DNA of 64,000 bases from Mytilus californianus (Eukaryota): contig NW_026262581.1 of assembly GCF_021869535.1 (NCBI RefSeq), positions 74,958,001-75,022,000 of the forward strand. The letters are read 5' to 3'. Under the pieces are notes generated by a model, which was not told where the DNA came from, did not search any database, and was given only the letters and a program-made list of their open reading frames with translations. Each line of letters opens with the position of its first letter. The first letter of the stretch is position 1. A program made the position numbers and the translations under genes. This document shows positions 1 to 12,204 of the stretch, piece by piece.

Positions 1-247
1 TAAGGATTTTCATGGAATATTTTCTCTAATGCTTGAACTTGACTTGGTGTATAGTTTGTTCTGACCTTCTTCTTGACACTGCTGTCTGACGATAGTGGAC
101 TATGTGTCGAGTTGGATGCTGGAGATGAATTATTACTGCTTCCGGTTGATGGAGATTCAAGTGCTGATGTATTATTGGTAGACATGGATGAATCTATTTC
201 TCGGGAATTGCCTGGTGATTTACAATCATTTACCACGTCAATTTCAT
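1..247 (-). CDS. Homeobox gene exon: Ser-rich linker plus N-terminal part of a PRD-class-like homeodomain, truncated by the window edge
   Basis: Minus strand: acceptor tactttcAG (248-249), phase 1, open to base 1: (D)EIDVVNDCKSPGNS...SSDSSVKKKVRTNYTPSQVQALEKIFHENP(Y). The end matches the homeodomain N-arm/helix 1 pattern RTxF/YTxxQxxxLExxFxxxxYP. Confidence 0.88.
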
Positions 248-562
248 CTGAAAGTATTTAAAAGATAGTATCAAATACAATATGTTCAGGACGAACCAAT
301 CTTCTACGCATATGAGTTTCTAAATGTGTTTCCACTGATGGGTTTTAGCTTTCTTATAAAATGAAAATTCAAAGAACAAAACCAAATTAAATGTGCAATA
401 GATATCGAGGGAAATTTCCCAAGACAAATCTTATCAACGAGTGATTTATCAAAACTTATAAAAATGGTCAGAAGTTTGAATGAACACAGAATTAAAGAAA
501 AAAATCAACCATTCGGGTAAAATATAAATTGGCAAAGAAATAGAGATTACAAAATATAATAC

Positions 563-977
563 CTTCTTCACACGATCTGTCCGATTCTCCATCTGATGGA
601 CTGTTTTTCCTGTTAGGATGTTTCAGCAAATGTCTGGTTGGTGGTGTTTGATATGCTGTCATGATTGGTCCACTTATACGACTTGGTGTAATAAAAGTCG
701 TACTTGGTGGGGTTTTTGGTCTGTTCTGTGACGCCATTAAATATTGCATGCTATGATTTGTCTGCTGTCTTGCCGGTTCCTGAGAATGTTCAACGTTATA
801 AGGTTGAATATATCTTTGAACTGGTGGATGGAAAGCCGTCATTTTCTCTCGTGAAGTTTCTGTGGGTGTTGGTATCTCCAAATGTATTTGTGGAATAGGT
901 CTGTTGTCAACTTGTTCAGTTGGCATTATGACTTTTTCGCCTTGGCTATTATTGTCATTACAGGGATACTGCAAAAT
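563..977 (-). CDS. Upstream exon of the same homeobox gene (P/T/S/Q-rich N-terminal region)
   Basis: Acceptor atatttcAG (978-979); donor GAAG|GTatta (561-562), phase 1, joins exon 1-247 in frame. Candidate start ATG at 926-924 (MPTEQVDNRP...). Accounts for most of ORF 492..1025. Confidence 0.75.
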
Positions 978-1663
978 CTGAAATATTATAGACAGTGTTA
1001 AAAATCTATGGTATATATATGACAATCCTCCTAAGCTCTATTCTTATGAAAAGAAAACGACATCATCTTAATAATGACCAGGGGTGTATTTGGGATTTTT
1101 GAAAGTTGGCGTAATTTCCGAAAACTACACATGTATTTACTACCGCGCGGAGAGAATCGAATTATTTTTTTTGGACAATTTACTAGTAACAATTATATAG
1201 TTTCAAACTAAGGGGGCGGGGCGTACGTCCTCTCCCCAACAAACACCATGAATCCGCTAATAATGATACTCTATAGTTTCTGGATTTGGTTCAAATGAAA
1301 CAATTTCGAACTCCTTTTAAGTATTATTTTAAAAATCATTAATGCATTTAGCACACCCTTTTTGCGGAATTAACAAACTCTAAAAAATATATAGCCTTAA
1401 ATGTAAAAAGTTGGAAGACAATAAAGAATTGTTAACTAGGGTAGATACCTCTGCTAGTGGGCATTTTTGAAACTCGCAGTGCTAACACAAAAGAAATAAT
1501 TTGAAATTGAGGAGTGCACCTCCCTCTGTTCCAATTAAAACTGTTACCCTTTTATTTTCTTAGCTTATAAATGTAGGTAAACATTTGCTATTTCTTTGCA
1601 TCAAGTTCACGTTATGTTATATGTTGAGTAGGAGGACCTCAGTCAACCAAATGATCATAATAA

Positions 1664-1712
1664 ACACTAGTGTGAAGTGGGCTGTTATCGACGGCTAGCT
1701 TCACACTAGTGT
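1664..1712. repeat. 14-bp perfect inverted repeat (hairpin)
   Basis: acactagtgtgaag (1664-1677) and cttcacactagtgt (1699-1712), 21-nt spacer; each arm contains the palindrome ACACTAGTGT. Confidence 0.8.
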
Positions 1713-3244
1713 AATAACCTTTTAGGTATATGATAGCTAAATTGGATGTGCATTTCAGTGCAAAATCTTTTTTTTATAATATTCCAACATTTGTTAAGCA
1801 ACTTTCAGAAACTGAATAAGATATTAGTTCGTCCCTGTGAAACTTCCATCTTTCGAGGGACCAATCTCAAAAAAAAAAATATGCGGTCAATTTTAAATAT
1901 TAAAAAAATCAATATTTAAATAAATAGTTTTTACAATCTTTAATTCATAGTTTGGGTTTTGCATCAAATATCTAAAGTAATTTAAACATTTTCATTAAAA
2001 TAAGTAAAAAGGCAAACCTAAACGAAATAAGTAATGACGGTTTAAAGTCATAATAGCACAAACCTTTTCCTGCATGTTGATTAACTATTTCTTTCTCTGC
2101 TTGTAATTTCTGTTTCAAATTTGAATAATAATTGTTGAATAGAGGCACACTCAAGTTTATATACTAAAACTGTGTGACCTTTTGACATTCACGAGTAAAT
2201 AAGGGAAAGTTTGAGTTGAACATTTCGTGGTTGATTACTTTCTCACATTCGTTGATTACTGTTCAAGCTAAATCATCAACTGTATTGTCCTTTTGCAAAC
2301 TCTTTTGTTTGTGAAAACTAGCAACTCACACTTTTCTGAATCGGTGACTTGATTGTACCATAATAAAGTAATTAAACGTTAATCAAATTAGATAAACATA
2401 ATTTAAATAAAATAAAACAAATCAAGAAATAATTGTTCGTAAATGAAACTGTATTGGTTAAAATTAAAACTTGTATTTATTGTCTTTTACTAATTGTTTT
2501 CACTCGATGTTAATTTCTTTAAAAAAAATTAAAAATTGTATGGGCTCAAAATATTTTTCAAAAGGTTGACACAAATTAGATATAAAAAAAAACCAAAGTC
2601 ATTTTCCATTTCTAAAATACAATTAGACTATCAAATTATTCTTGGAGATATTTTATTGTTAGAATGTCAAAATACATGGTGAATTAAAATTAAATATGAA
2701 AAAGAAGGTAAAGCTACACTCCAAAATATTTGAATCGTTCACCAAGTTAATATATAAATGAAAATATATACTGAGTGAAAAAAGTTTAGCAACATATAGA
2801 TCTAAAAAGTTGCGGAGATAAATTTTTATTTTTTTGTCGATTATGAATTGCATCTTATGGGTTATTTTCTTTTTCACAATAATTTATATAATTTATCGTT
2901 ATGTTTAGAAGTACATTAATTTTTGAAATATGACATCAATTGTATTTGCTGCTACACTTTTTTTTTGTATATATATAGTTAGTCGAATTTCCATAATAAA
3001 AAAGCAAATGTGGAGCTTTTTCTTTCCCACCGTAGATATTATAGCAGTATCGTTAGCCTTCAAAAACTAGTGGCTATTATTTGGTTCTGAGACAGTGCAC
3101 ATGTATATATGATTGATTGATTTTGAATACAAGCATTATTTTTATAAAAACAAAAAGGAAAAAGATAAATCAGTACAAATCGTTTTACTGAAAAGCAATA
3201 AAAAAAGAAAAGTCAATATTATTGGTTTTGGAAATAATTTGTTT

Positions 3245-3508
3245 TACGTGGTATGATTGCGAATGAGGCAACTATCCAACGGAGTCCAAATAATAACGGA
3301 TTTAAGGAATTATAGATCCGCATACGGACTTCAACAATAAGCAAAACCCATAACATAAAAGGTTCCGACATAACAAAATGTGAAACAATTCAAACGAAAA
3401 AAAAAGAAAAAAACAACGGCCTGATTTATAACAGAGCAATAAACGAAAAACAAATATGACAGACAGCAACCAACGACAACCACTGTATTACATACTCCTG
3501 ACTATGGA
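3245..3508. mobile_element. Copy of an abundant dispersed non-coding repeat
   Basis: The gtggtatgattg..aatgag.caact...gcaaaaccca...acaaccactg motif set recurs at about 9380-9975 (inverted), 20540-20720, 42820-43225, 50610-51020 and 63470-63570 (inverted). Confidence 0.7.
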
Positions 3509-4385
3509 TTAAAATTGAGAATGGAAATGGGGAATGTGTCAAAGAGACAACAACCCGACCATAGATCAGACAACGGCCGAAGGCCACCAATGGGTCTTCA
3601 ATGCAGCGAGAAACTCCCGCACCCGGAGGCGTCCTTCAGCTGGCCCCTAAACAAATATGTATACTAGTTCAGTGATAATGGACGCCATACTAAACTCCAA
3701 ATTATACACAAGAAACTAAAATTAAAAATGATACAAGACTAAAAAAGGCCAGAGGCTCCTGATTTGGGACAGGCGCAAAAATGCGGCGGGGTTAAACATG
3801 TTTTTTTGAGATCTCAACCCTTCCCCTATACCTCTAGCCAATGTAGAAAAAACAAACGTACAACAGTACGCACAGTAAAACTCAGTTCAAGAGAAGTCCG
3901 AGTCCGATGTCAGAATAAGAAACAAAAGAAAATAAACAAAATGACAATAATACATAAATAACAACAGACTACTAGCAGTTACTGACATGCCAGCTCCAGA
4001 CCTCAATTAAACTGATTGAAAGATTATGTCTTCATCATATGAATATCAGGCACAATCCCTCCTGTTAGGGGTTTAGTATTATACCGTCTTTGCTGACTTT
4101 AGTATTTGGTAGCAATTTGAAAACAAATTTGCAATATAGTGTGTTTATATCTTTTCATATAATCAAGTCTTAATTGAAAACAACGTTCAAACCTATGATT
4201 GCGTTGGATAAAAACCGCATTTTTTATACGTGTGCATGCAAAACAAATTTCTTGGTAGAGAGGTCTAAATACAGCACTAACAACATTTTCCAAAAGACCA
4301 AAAAAGTGAAAAAGTATATTTTAACAAAACGCATTTGACTAGCAGGTCGAACAACGGATGTTCTTAAACCCTGCTGACTGCCATA
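3509..4385 (-). mobile_element. 3' fragment of a retroelement-like repeat (probable RT C-terminus plus 3' UTR), Penelope-like family suspected
   Basis: 4205-4385 is the reverse complement of 25768-25939, so it is a repeat. ORF 4099..4293 lies inside it. Family assignment is by recall, not alignment. Confidence 0.5.
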
Positions 4386-5049
4386 TAATCATATATATAT
4401 ATGTATATATTCTTTGGAATTAACGCTGACTTGAAAGATGCTTTAACATATAAACATGTAAAGTGCTTAGTTTCTTTTTGGTGGTAATCAGGATCACGTT
4501 TGGAATATTTGAAGGCCAAGTTGTTTTGAATTCAGCTCTTTCTATGTTTACCTTTGGTTCTTATTAGGCAACAGATAATTACTTGTAATATGAAATGGAG
4601 AGGCTAACGCATAGTCTGTGTTGGGTTTAAATTGTGGTATGAATAAGATAAAATATCACAGATTCGTTACACAAATAAAGATTATATAAACATGTATCTT
4701 TGTCTGAAAAATAAACTCGAAGATGGATAAAAGGGGATCGAATGTAGAACCCATTGAGACAGCAACCACCAAGACCGAAAACACAATACACATATAGAGG
4801 TCAACCTACGCTCTTCAACCAATCATAGAGAAGTGTCTATACGAAAGGAAATTTTTAAAATCGCTCAGACATTTGAAAACTTTGGAAAATATTAAACACA
4901 GACCATCAAAGATCTGCCATTTATTAATACAAAATTCCATAAATACAATGTACTGATTAGATGGATATGTTTCAATTGTTGTCATCATAATCTCGTCCTC
5001 TTTTCCTTAAATGTGACATCACCAAATTAAACTTTTCACCGAGTTTTTA

Positions 5050-5800
5050 TATCATCTAGGTCCAGTCTGTGGTTAAGTTTTTTTTTAGACATCAATAACC
5101 TTGTTAAAATCTTTATGGAATTTTATGAAACTTGGACTGAAGCTTTTCATGATTTAATGAGACTCAGAGTATCTAGAGCAAAATTTTTATTTTGTTTTTA
5201 TTTTTTGGTATTTTGATGATAAATAGACTTATGTATTTTGCAGTCAACATTTAGATAAAGTCTAAGGTTAAAGTTTTGCACGCACCTGTATCTTCGTTAA
5301 ACCTTTATGGAATTTTATGAATCTTGGACAGAAGCTTTTTTATGATCAAAATTTGGTATCCAGAACAACATGTTGACAATATTGTCCATTTTCCGTAATT
5401 TACTGATAAATGGACTTTATTTTTTTGCAGTTAGAATTTAGATACAGTCTAAAGTTATAAAGTTTTTCCCTATTCAATATCTTTGACAAACCTTCATGGA
5501 ATTTAACATAACGTGGACAGATCCTTCTCCATGATAGAAAAAAAAAACAGTATCCAGAGCAAAATGAAGAATTTATTTTCTCCTTTTCCCGTGTTTTATT
5601 GATAAATGGACCTAGTTTTTTATACTTAACATTTATATACAGTCTGTGGTAATTTCTAAACTTGAATATACCGCTTCTTCTTGAGTCAGAGACAGCATTT
5701 AGGGCAACATTTCAATGTATTGTTTTTTGAATTTTTTTTTCATATTTTACTGATAAATTGACTTAGTTTTATTTCGCAGTTAACAATTAGATTCAGTTAG
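5050..5800. repeat. Degenerate ~180-200 bp tandem subrepeats (HINE/Helentron-type core)
   Basis: Recurring ctttatggaattt..tga..cttggac.gaagctttt...gtatccagagcaaaat...tgataaatggact units, 3-4 copies. Confidence 0.6.
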
Positions 5801-6059
5801 TTTTGCAGTTAACCTAAAGAAACAGTGCGATGCGTTTTGTGTTCGTACCGACAGACAAAGCAGCCAACATTTTGGATATACGGTATCCTAATTTATTCGC
5901 TGATGTTTTAGAGCTTGTAAACTTAGATACAATCCAAGTATATATTCTCTATTCCGAAAGCAATACAGCTTATAGGTATCAATATTACATTAAATATAGT
6001 AAGCATCACATAGTACAATAAAGTAATTCATTAATATACAATCCATACAATTTAAAACG

Positions 6060-7192
6060 AATCTAGGAGCATGATATTAATTAATACAATTTAACAACCT
6101 TGAAGTATGATATACACATTCAACAATTACGAATGTTTTCGGCAATACATAAATACTTCCCAAAATTTTTAAGTTTTTTTATATTACGAACAGATAACAA
6201 TTGTATAAGTTTAAATACTGATGCATTTCTCCAATAATAAGGCTTCATACGATACTTTATATCTACATTTGAAATACATTCCAAAATAAAATTATATTCA
6301 TCCTCAACAGAATTACAGTTGCACAAATAACATATTCTAGCGTTTCTGTTTATATTTAAAAGCCTTCCAGTTTCAATGTTCAAGTTATGTGCATGTAAAC
6401 GGTACTTGCTTATTAATAGTTTATATTGAAAATTAACAGGTCTAATAAGATAAAACTGCAATCCATGACTGTCATATATGTATTTGTAAAACTGACATTT
6501 AGAAGACTCCTAAAAAAATGACATTGCTTCAATAATAAATCTATCAGTAACACGCTGTTTGAAATCAGCTATAAAACATCTACATTTAAAAAAATTTGTG
6601 TCAACCATACATTACTTAAGCCATAATTACATAATGAATCTCCTTTCTTACAAGACCAAATCAATTTATTTTACTTTTTACATTGCTAACCTCCAGCATT
6701 TCTGCATAACAAGTTTTCAAAATACAATTGTCAGTTTTTAACAATTTACACCAATATTTCATCATTTTACAGTAACTCTGTACATGCAATGGGACTCTAC
6801 CTAGTGTTATTTGTAGTACTCTTTATTACTTTCAAAATCCTCTTTAAAAAATATAAGTGAAGAGTTTCAATGTCAATTGCTTTATGATACCCCCACACTT
6901 CACTACCATATTACACTATGCTGGAAACATATGTTTCAAATAGAGACAGTATTGTCTCTGTATTAAGCTAGTCTTCTTGAATTTTACTAAATAAACTGAA
7001 AGCAGCCTTTTTACCTTGATTTGACAGCATTTTCTCTGAGTATTAGTTAAAAACCATTATAATTTAACAGCATACCCATTTATATAAATTCATCACATAA
7101 CTCAATGTTTTCTCCATTAGTGAACCATTTTTCTTCTGGTTTGATAACACCTCTGTTTCTAAATGCAACAATCTTAGTTTTTAACATATTTA
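6060..7192 (-). mobile_element. Decayed non-LTR retrotransposon (LINE), C-terminal half of RT and Cys-rich tail
   Basis: Minus-strand INMLKTKIVAFRNRGVIKPEEKWFTNGENIELCDEFI*MG... and KYRLHAHNLNIETGR...ICYLCNCNSVEDEYNFILEC, with stops and frameshifts. Confidence 0.8.
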
Positions 7193-8530
7193 TATGCAAG
7201 AGGGACGAAAGATACCAGAGGGACAGTCAAACTCATAGATCGAAAACAAACTGACAACGCCATGGCCAAAAATAAAAAGACAAACAGACAAATAATAGTA
7301 CAGATGACACAACATAGAAAACTAAAGACTAAGCAACACGAACCCCACCAAAAACTGGGGGTGGTCTCAGGTGGTCCGGAAGGGTAAGCAGATCCTGCTC
7401 CACATGTGGCACCCGTCGTGTTGCTTATGTTATTACAAATCCGGTAAATAGTCTAATTCGGTAGGTCACATTCGTGAAAAGGGAAGGGTATTATAGTTAC
7501 GACATGAGGAACATATCCGATATCATCTGTGAAACGGTTATTCCATAACGGTCAACCAACTCGTGATGGCGTCCGTGAAATTTACGAAGGGATGATTTCA
7601 ACTTCACCATTTGGAACTCTTGGTTTAATAGCTTCCTTGTGAGCAGCAATCCTCTATCAAGGAAATCATGATAGGAAATACAAGCCCAGGAATATCGTAT
7701 CAATTGGGAGATATATACTCCGTATGCAGGCGCTGCTGGAATGTTGCTACATAGAAATGGAAAGTTCACAATTGGGAAGCTGAAACCATCTCTTTTGTCG
7801 TAAAGTTTTGTTTTCAACCGACCCTCATTGTCAATTTCTAGATGTAAGTCAAGATATGAGGAAGACTTAACTGTATCTGTAGTATCCTTTATCTCTAGTT
7901 CGATGGGATAGATTCGTTCAACATAGTCACCAAATTTTGTATTATTTAGTGAGAGAACATCACCTATATAGCGGAACGTAAAAATAAAGGATATTGTTAA
8001 CTTTTTATCTTTCTTCCTAAGAAGTTCCTGTATGAAGTCAGCCTCATAATAATAAAGAAACAAGTCGGCAAGAATAGGGGCACAATTGGTTCCCATTGGA
8101 ATTCCGTCAGTCTGTTGAAAAACGCGTCCTCCAAACGTAACAAATATGTTGTCAATCAAGAAATCAAGCATCTTGATAATGTCAGTTTCAGAGAATTTTT
8201 TGTTTGAATCAGAGTGATTCTTTACAAAGTAGGATTTATCCCTCCCCAAGACAAGATACTACGTTCGCCATTCTTTTTAATGAAACAAAGTAATACCAAC
8301 TCTTTCAATTTGTCTTTTAGTTTGGAATGGGGAATACTTGTGTAAAGTATAGAAAAGTCAAATGTTTTAATACTATTGCAAGATGAGAGAGTCTTAGATT
8401 GTATGTACTCTAAAAGATCTTTGGAATTTTTTAGTATCCACATCTGATTCACGCCACCTCTAGAATAGGCAGTTTCACAATAACTTTGGAGCCCGGCTTT
8501 GATTGCTGATAAAATTATACCCTTCAGATT
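7193..8530 (-). mobile_element. 5'-truncated Penelope-like RT element with 3' UTR, inserted in the LINE; inactive
   Basis: SIKTFDFSILYTSIPH (motif A), GIPMGTNCAPILADLFL (motif B) and FRYIGD (catalytic YIDD mutated to YIGD). Frameshift near 8250 splits ORFs 8222..8452 and 7497..8249. No GIY-YIG follows the RT. Confidence 0.85.
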
Positions 8531-9290
8531 TCAAAGATTGAGCATTCTCATGTCATACGATTGACAACCCTGTTTTATCAATTCTATTTCAATGTCATTG
8601 ACATACATAGCATATAAAAAAGGTGATAACGATTCTCCTTGCATTAGACCAATGTCACAGTTAAAAAAACTCAGAAAAACTTCCCTTATGTTTAACACAT
8701 GATTTCATGTCAGAATACATAGATTTTATTAAATTTAACAATTTTCCGGTTATACCACATTTTACTAATTTCATCCATAATTTAAAATGCTTAACACTGT
8801 CAAAAGCCTTTTTATAATCAATAAAACAACAATATAACCTTTTCCGTTTCACAAAGATTTTGATATGTTGGAATGAACAGCACATATTGCATCACGAGTT
8901 CCGTGGCCAGGTCTAAATCCAAGCTGTGCGTATGTGATAATACAGTATTTATCGCTCCATTTCAGCTGTCTGGTTGGTATTGTTAGTAGCTGTAAATGTT
9001 TTTCCTATATGAGACACTAATAATATACCTCGATTATTTCCAGAGTCATTAACGGGACCTTTTTCGGCACTATTATACATTTCACCTAGAGCTCTGGGAA
9101 GAACCCAGTGCATAAAATTACATTAAAAAGTTTACACAATAAAGGTAATAGTACTGGCATGCTTTCAATAATGTATTCCTTCACGATTTTGTAAGCTTAT
9201 TTATTCTTTGAATAAACTTATTCTAAAATGTTATCAATTTAACACTGTAATAAGATTTTTGAACATTGTTTTTATCGGTACTATAATCAT
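8531..9290 (-). mobile_element. Decayed LINE, N-terminal half of RT (same element as 6060-7192)
   Basis: LYCCFIDYKKAFDSV...KLVKCGITGKLLNLIKSMY, then CDIGLMQGESLSPFLYAMYVND...MLNL, ending just before the expected YADD motif. Confidence 0.8.
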
Positions 9291-10224
9291 TAATTTTGTT
9301 ATCAATCAGTAATCAACACTTATGTTCTACGTCCTGCCGATGCTTATATTTTGGCATTTCAAATATTTACCTACAAGGTTATGTTTTCTTAGACTATTTT
9401 AACAATTTAGTCTTCATACTCAATCCATTGCATGCATGCTGATTGATATTTTGTCTTGGATACATGCATGATATATTTTTTATTAGTTGTTATTGGCTTT
9501 GGAGTAGCTTTCAGTAACTGAAAGTACTCTCAGATCAGTATTTTGTGTCTTTAGTGTTTTTTTAATTTTTTTTTTTGTGCTTTGTATAGGTCTGATGAGT
9601 CTAGCCCTTTCACAACTAATCTTATAGTTTGTTCATACGTTATGCTGTCACACCATTGTCCCACACTAGGAGAGAGTTTGGTGCTAACAAACAGGTTTAA
9701 CCCCGCCACATTCCTTATGTACATACCTGTCCCAAATATTTTGGTGCTGTATATCATATTTGCTTTTCGTTTTTGTTTTTTTACATAAATTAGGCAGTTG
9801 TTTTTCTCGTTTGCATTTTTTTTTTATATTTTGTAATGTTTGGGTCTTATATATCTTACCATAATATTTTTTTTATTGTTGAAGGCCGTACGGTGACCTA
9901 TAGTTGATAACATCTACGTCAATTTGGTCTCGGGTGGAGAGTTGTATTATTGGCAATCATACCACATCGCCTTATTTTAACTCCAGGTAACTTTTGCAGA
10001 AGCTTCTTCATAATCAAAAGATAGCAGCGTTGAATTTTGATGTTTTCCTTATTAAGTTGTCTGGTTTTTTTTCTTTTAAATAAAGTTTCTTTTTTGACTG
10101 TCAACATTAACTTTTACACGGAGAGCAGCACCCAAAACCCTTTACGATTTTTGATGGCGATGGCAGTACATAAAACACGTATATAATAATTACATAATGT
10201 AAAACAATAGTTATATAAACTGTT

Positions 10225-11139
10225 AACACAGAGATATGTCTCGCCTTTTTGTAATTTTGATAATGCAAATGTTGAAATTAAAAAAGCAACACTTTAACAT
10301 GTAAATTATGCAAATATTCAAAGTCAATGAACCATGACTGACGGTACATGGCTAAACAATCTCCATATAAATGAGATGTGCCAATGCTAATACAACTGCA
10401 TACCAAATACCATTGACTTATCATAAGCCGTTCCCTTTAAACAAACCTAAACACAAACATTAACTTGTAAACTATGTAAAAGTTTCAAAGTCAATGAACC
10501 ATGATGAGGGGGTGGGGCTATATAATCTCCATGGAAACGAGACTTGCAAATGCCAATAAATTTGCATACCAAATATCATTGACTTAAATTAACATTAGCG
10601 GTTCATCTTAAACTGATCTAATCACAAACTAATACATGTGAACTTAGCAAAAGTATTAAAGTCAATAGACCATGATTGAGGAGGCGGGGCCAAATATTCT
10701 CCATGGAAATGAGATGTGTTAATCCTTATACAACTGCATACCCATTAACATTGGCCTACCACTAATGGTTCCCCTTGAACTTACCTAATCACAAACTAAT
10801 ACATGTAAACTAAGCAAAAGTTTCAAAGTCAATAGACCATGACTGAGGGGGCGGAGCCAAATAATCTCCATGGAAATGAAATATGCCAATGCTTATACAA
10901 CTGCATACCAAATATCATTGACCTACCACTAGTGGTTCCCCATAAACTGACCTAGTCACAAACTAATACATGTAAACTAAGCAAAAGTTTCAAAGTCAAT
11001 AGACCATGACTGAGGGGGCAGGGCCAAATAATCTCCGTGGAAATAAGATGTCCCAATGCTAATACAACTAAATACTGCCGCCTCCGGAAACAGCATACAT
11101 ATGTCTCGCTTTTTGATTCCGCCAAGGCGAGACAAAAAA
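10225..11139. mobile_element. HINE/Helentron-like non-autonomous element with five ~167-bp internal tandem repeats
   Basis: aagtcaat at 10321, 10488, 10659, 10826, 10993. atatgtctcgc motif near both ends. Terminal hairpin gtctcgc (11103-11109)/gcgagac (11127-11133) followed by an A run. Confidence 0.7.
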
Positions 11140-12030
11140 CTAAACGATATATGGGTTAAAGGTCTGCTACAACAACTTTTTATATACTATGATGTGTGAT
11201 AACAACCCAGCGACTTAAAATTACAATAATAATATAAAAGCAAGTGTCTATACAACATATCAAGCCGTAAATCGTCTGGAAACCAACGATTTAACAAGGA
11301 CTTTTTTTTCACCTCACACACTCCTTCTTTGTTATTGATACTTGTCTTATAAGCAGTTGCAAAATAGATTGTTTATTTACTTCACATATTAAGTGTTCAG
11401 CTGAATACGACGGACTTGTTTATGTAAATTTTGCCCTTAAACATTTTTAAATACATATTTGCCAAATTGGTTTAGATTACCACTGAAGATTAAACGAAAT
11501 GAAATGTTGATGTATGAGTTACTGGAAATCTTGGGAATAACAAACTCAAACCATAGTTTCATATAGAAATGAATTGAACAAACTCGACTTACTCGCTACA
11601 ATAAAAGATTTGTGAAAAAAGTATGTAAGAAAAAGAGAATATACGGGAAATTACTTGTTTAAATTAATAATAATAAACAAAAATTAAAAGAGTACATACA
11701 CAAATATATTTTAAATTGCAGTTTACTCTAAATTTTTAAACTGGAATTTTCTATTGAAACCACAAAAAGTAACAATTCTGAATTGTTTTAAAGGAAGAAG
11801 CTTGTGTTATACAATGCAGTAATTTATAAGTAATGTTGTGAAAACTTGAGTATGAGGAACAATGAAGGAAATATTACATCCGTGTGATAACAACAATTTT
11901 CCTTGAATATGTTGGGTGTTCCTTCCTTTTTTTATTAAGCTGATTAACCTTAAGCTTCATATCTCTAAAATAACGGAAAAAATAAGAGGAATAATATAGT
12001 TGTGTGATCAAAAACTTCCTGTTCATAGAG

Positions 12031-12037
12031 TATAAAA
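12031..12037 (+). promoter_or_regulatory. TATA box of the EGF/C-type lectin gene
   Basis: TATAAAA 47 nt upstream of the ATG at 12078. Confidence 0.55.
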
Positions 12038-12077
12038 TCAAATCATTTCTCACTATATCTACTACTTGCTACTCAAC

Positions 12078-12204
12078 ATGACTACGCAGTCCATCATCGT
12101 AGTGGTTATTCTTTTTGCTGTGTGCAGTGGTAGAACAATACAGCAGAGAGAAAATGGGTTCTCTTTTACTGGTAACAAATGTGTGAGCTGTGCAAATGTT
12201 ACAG
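12078..12204 (+). CDS. Lectin exon 1: signal peptide and CxxC
   Basis: [42 protein letters not shown]; donor ACAG|GTaatt, phase 1. Confidence 0.85.

Noticed and set aside
73-261. Plus-strand ORF (62 aa, D/S/L-rich), also ORF 704..898
   Set aside because: Antisense shadows of the minus-strand homeobox exons.
2330-2361. Possible first coding exon of the homeobox gene (ATG at 2361, GTGAGT donor)
   Set aside because: Ends in phase 2 and joins the 977 acceptor out of frame with an early stop; at most a UTR exon or uORF.
9592-9640. CTGATGAG motif suggesting another hammerhead
   Set aside because: No stem II followed by GAAA; it is part of the common dispersed repeat.
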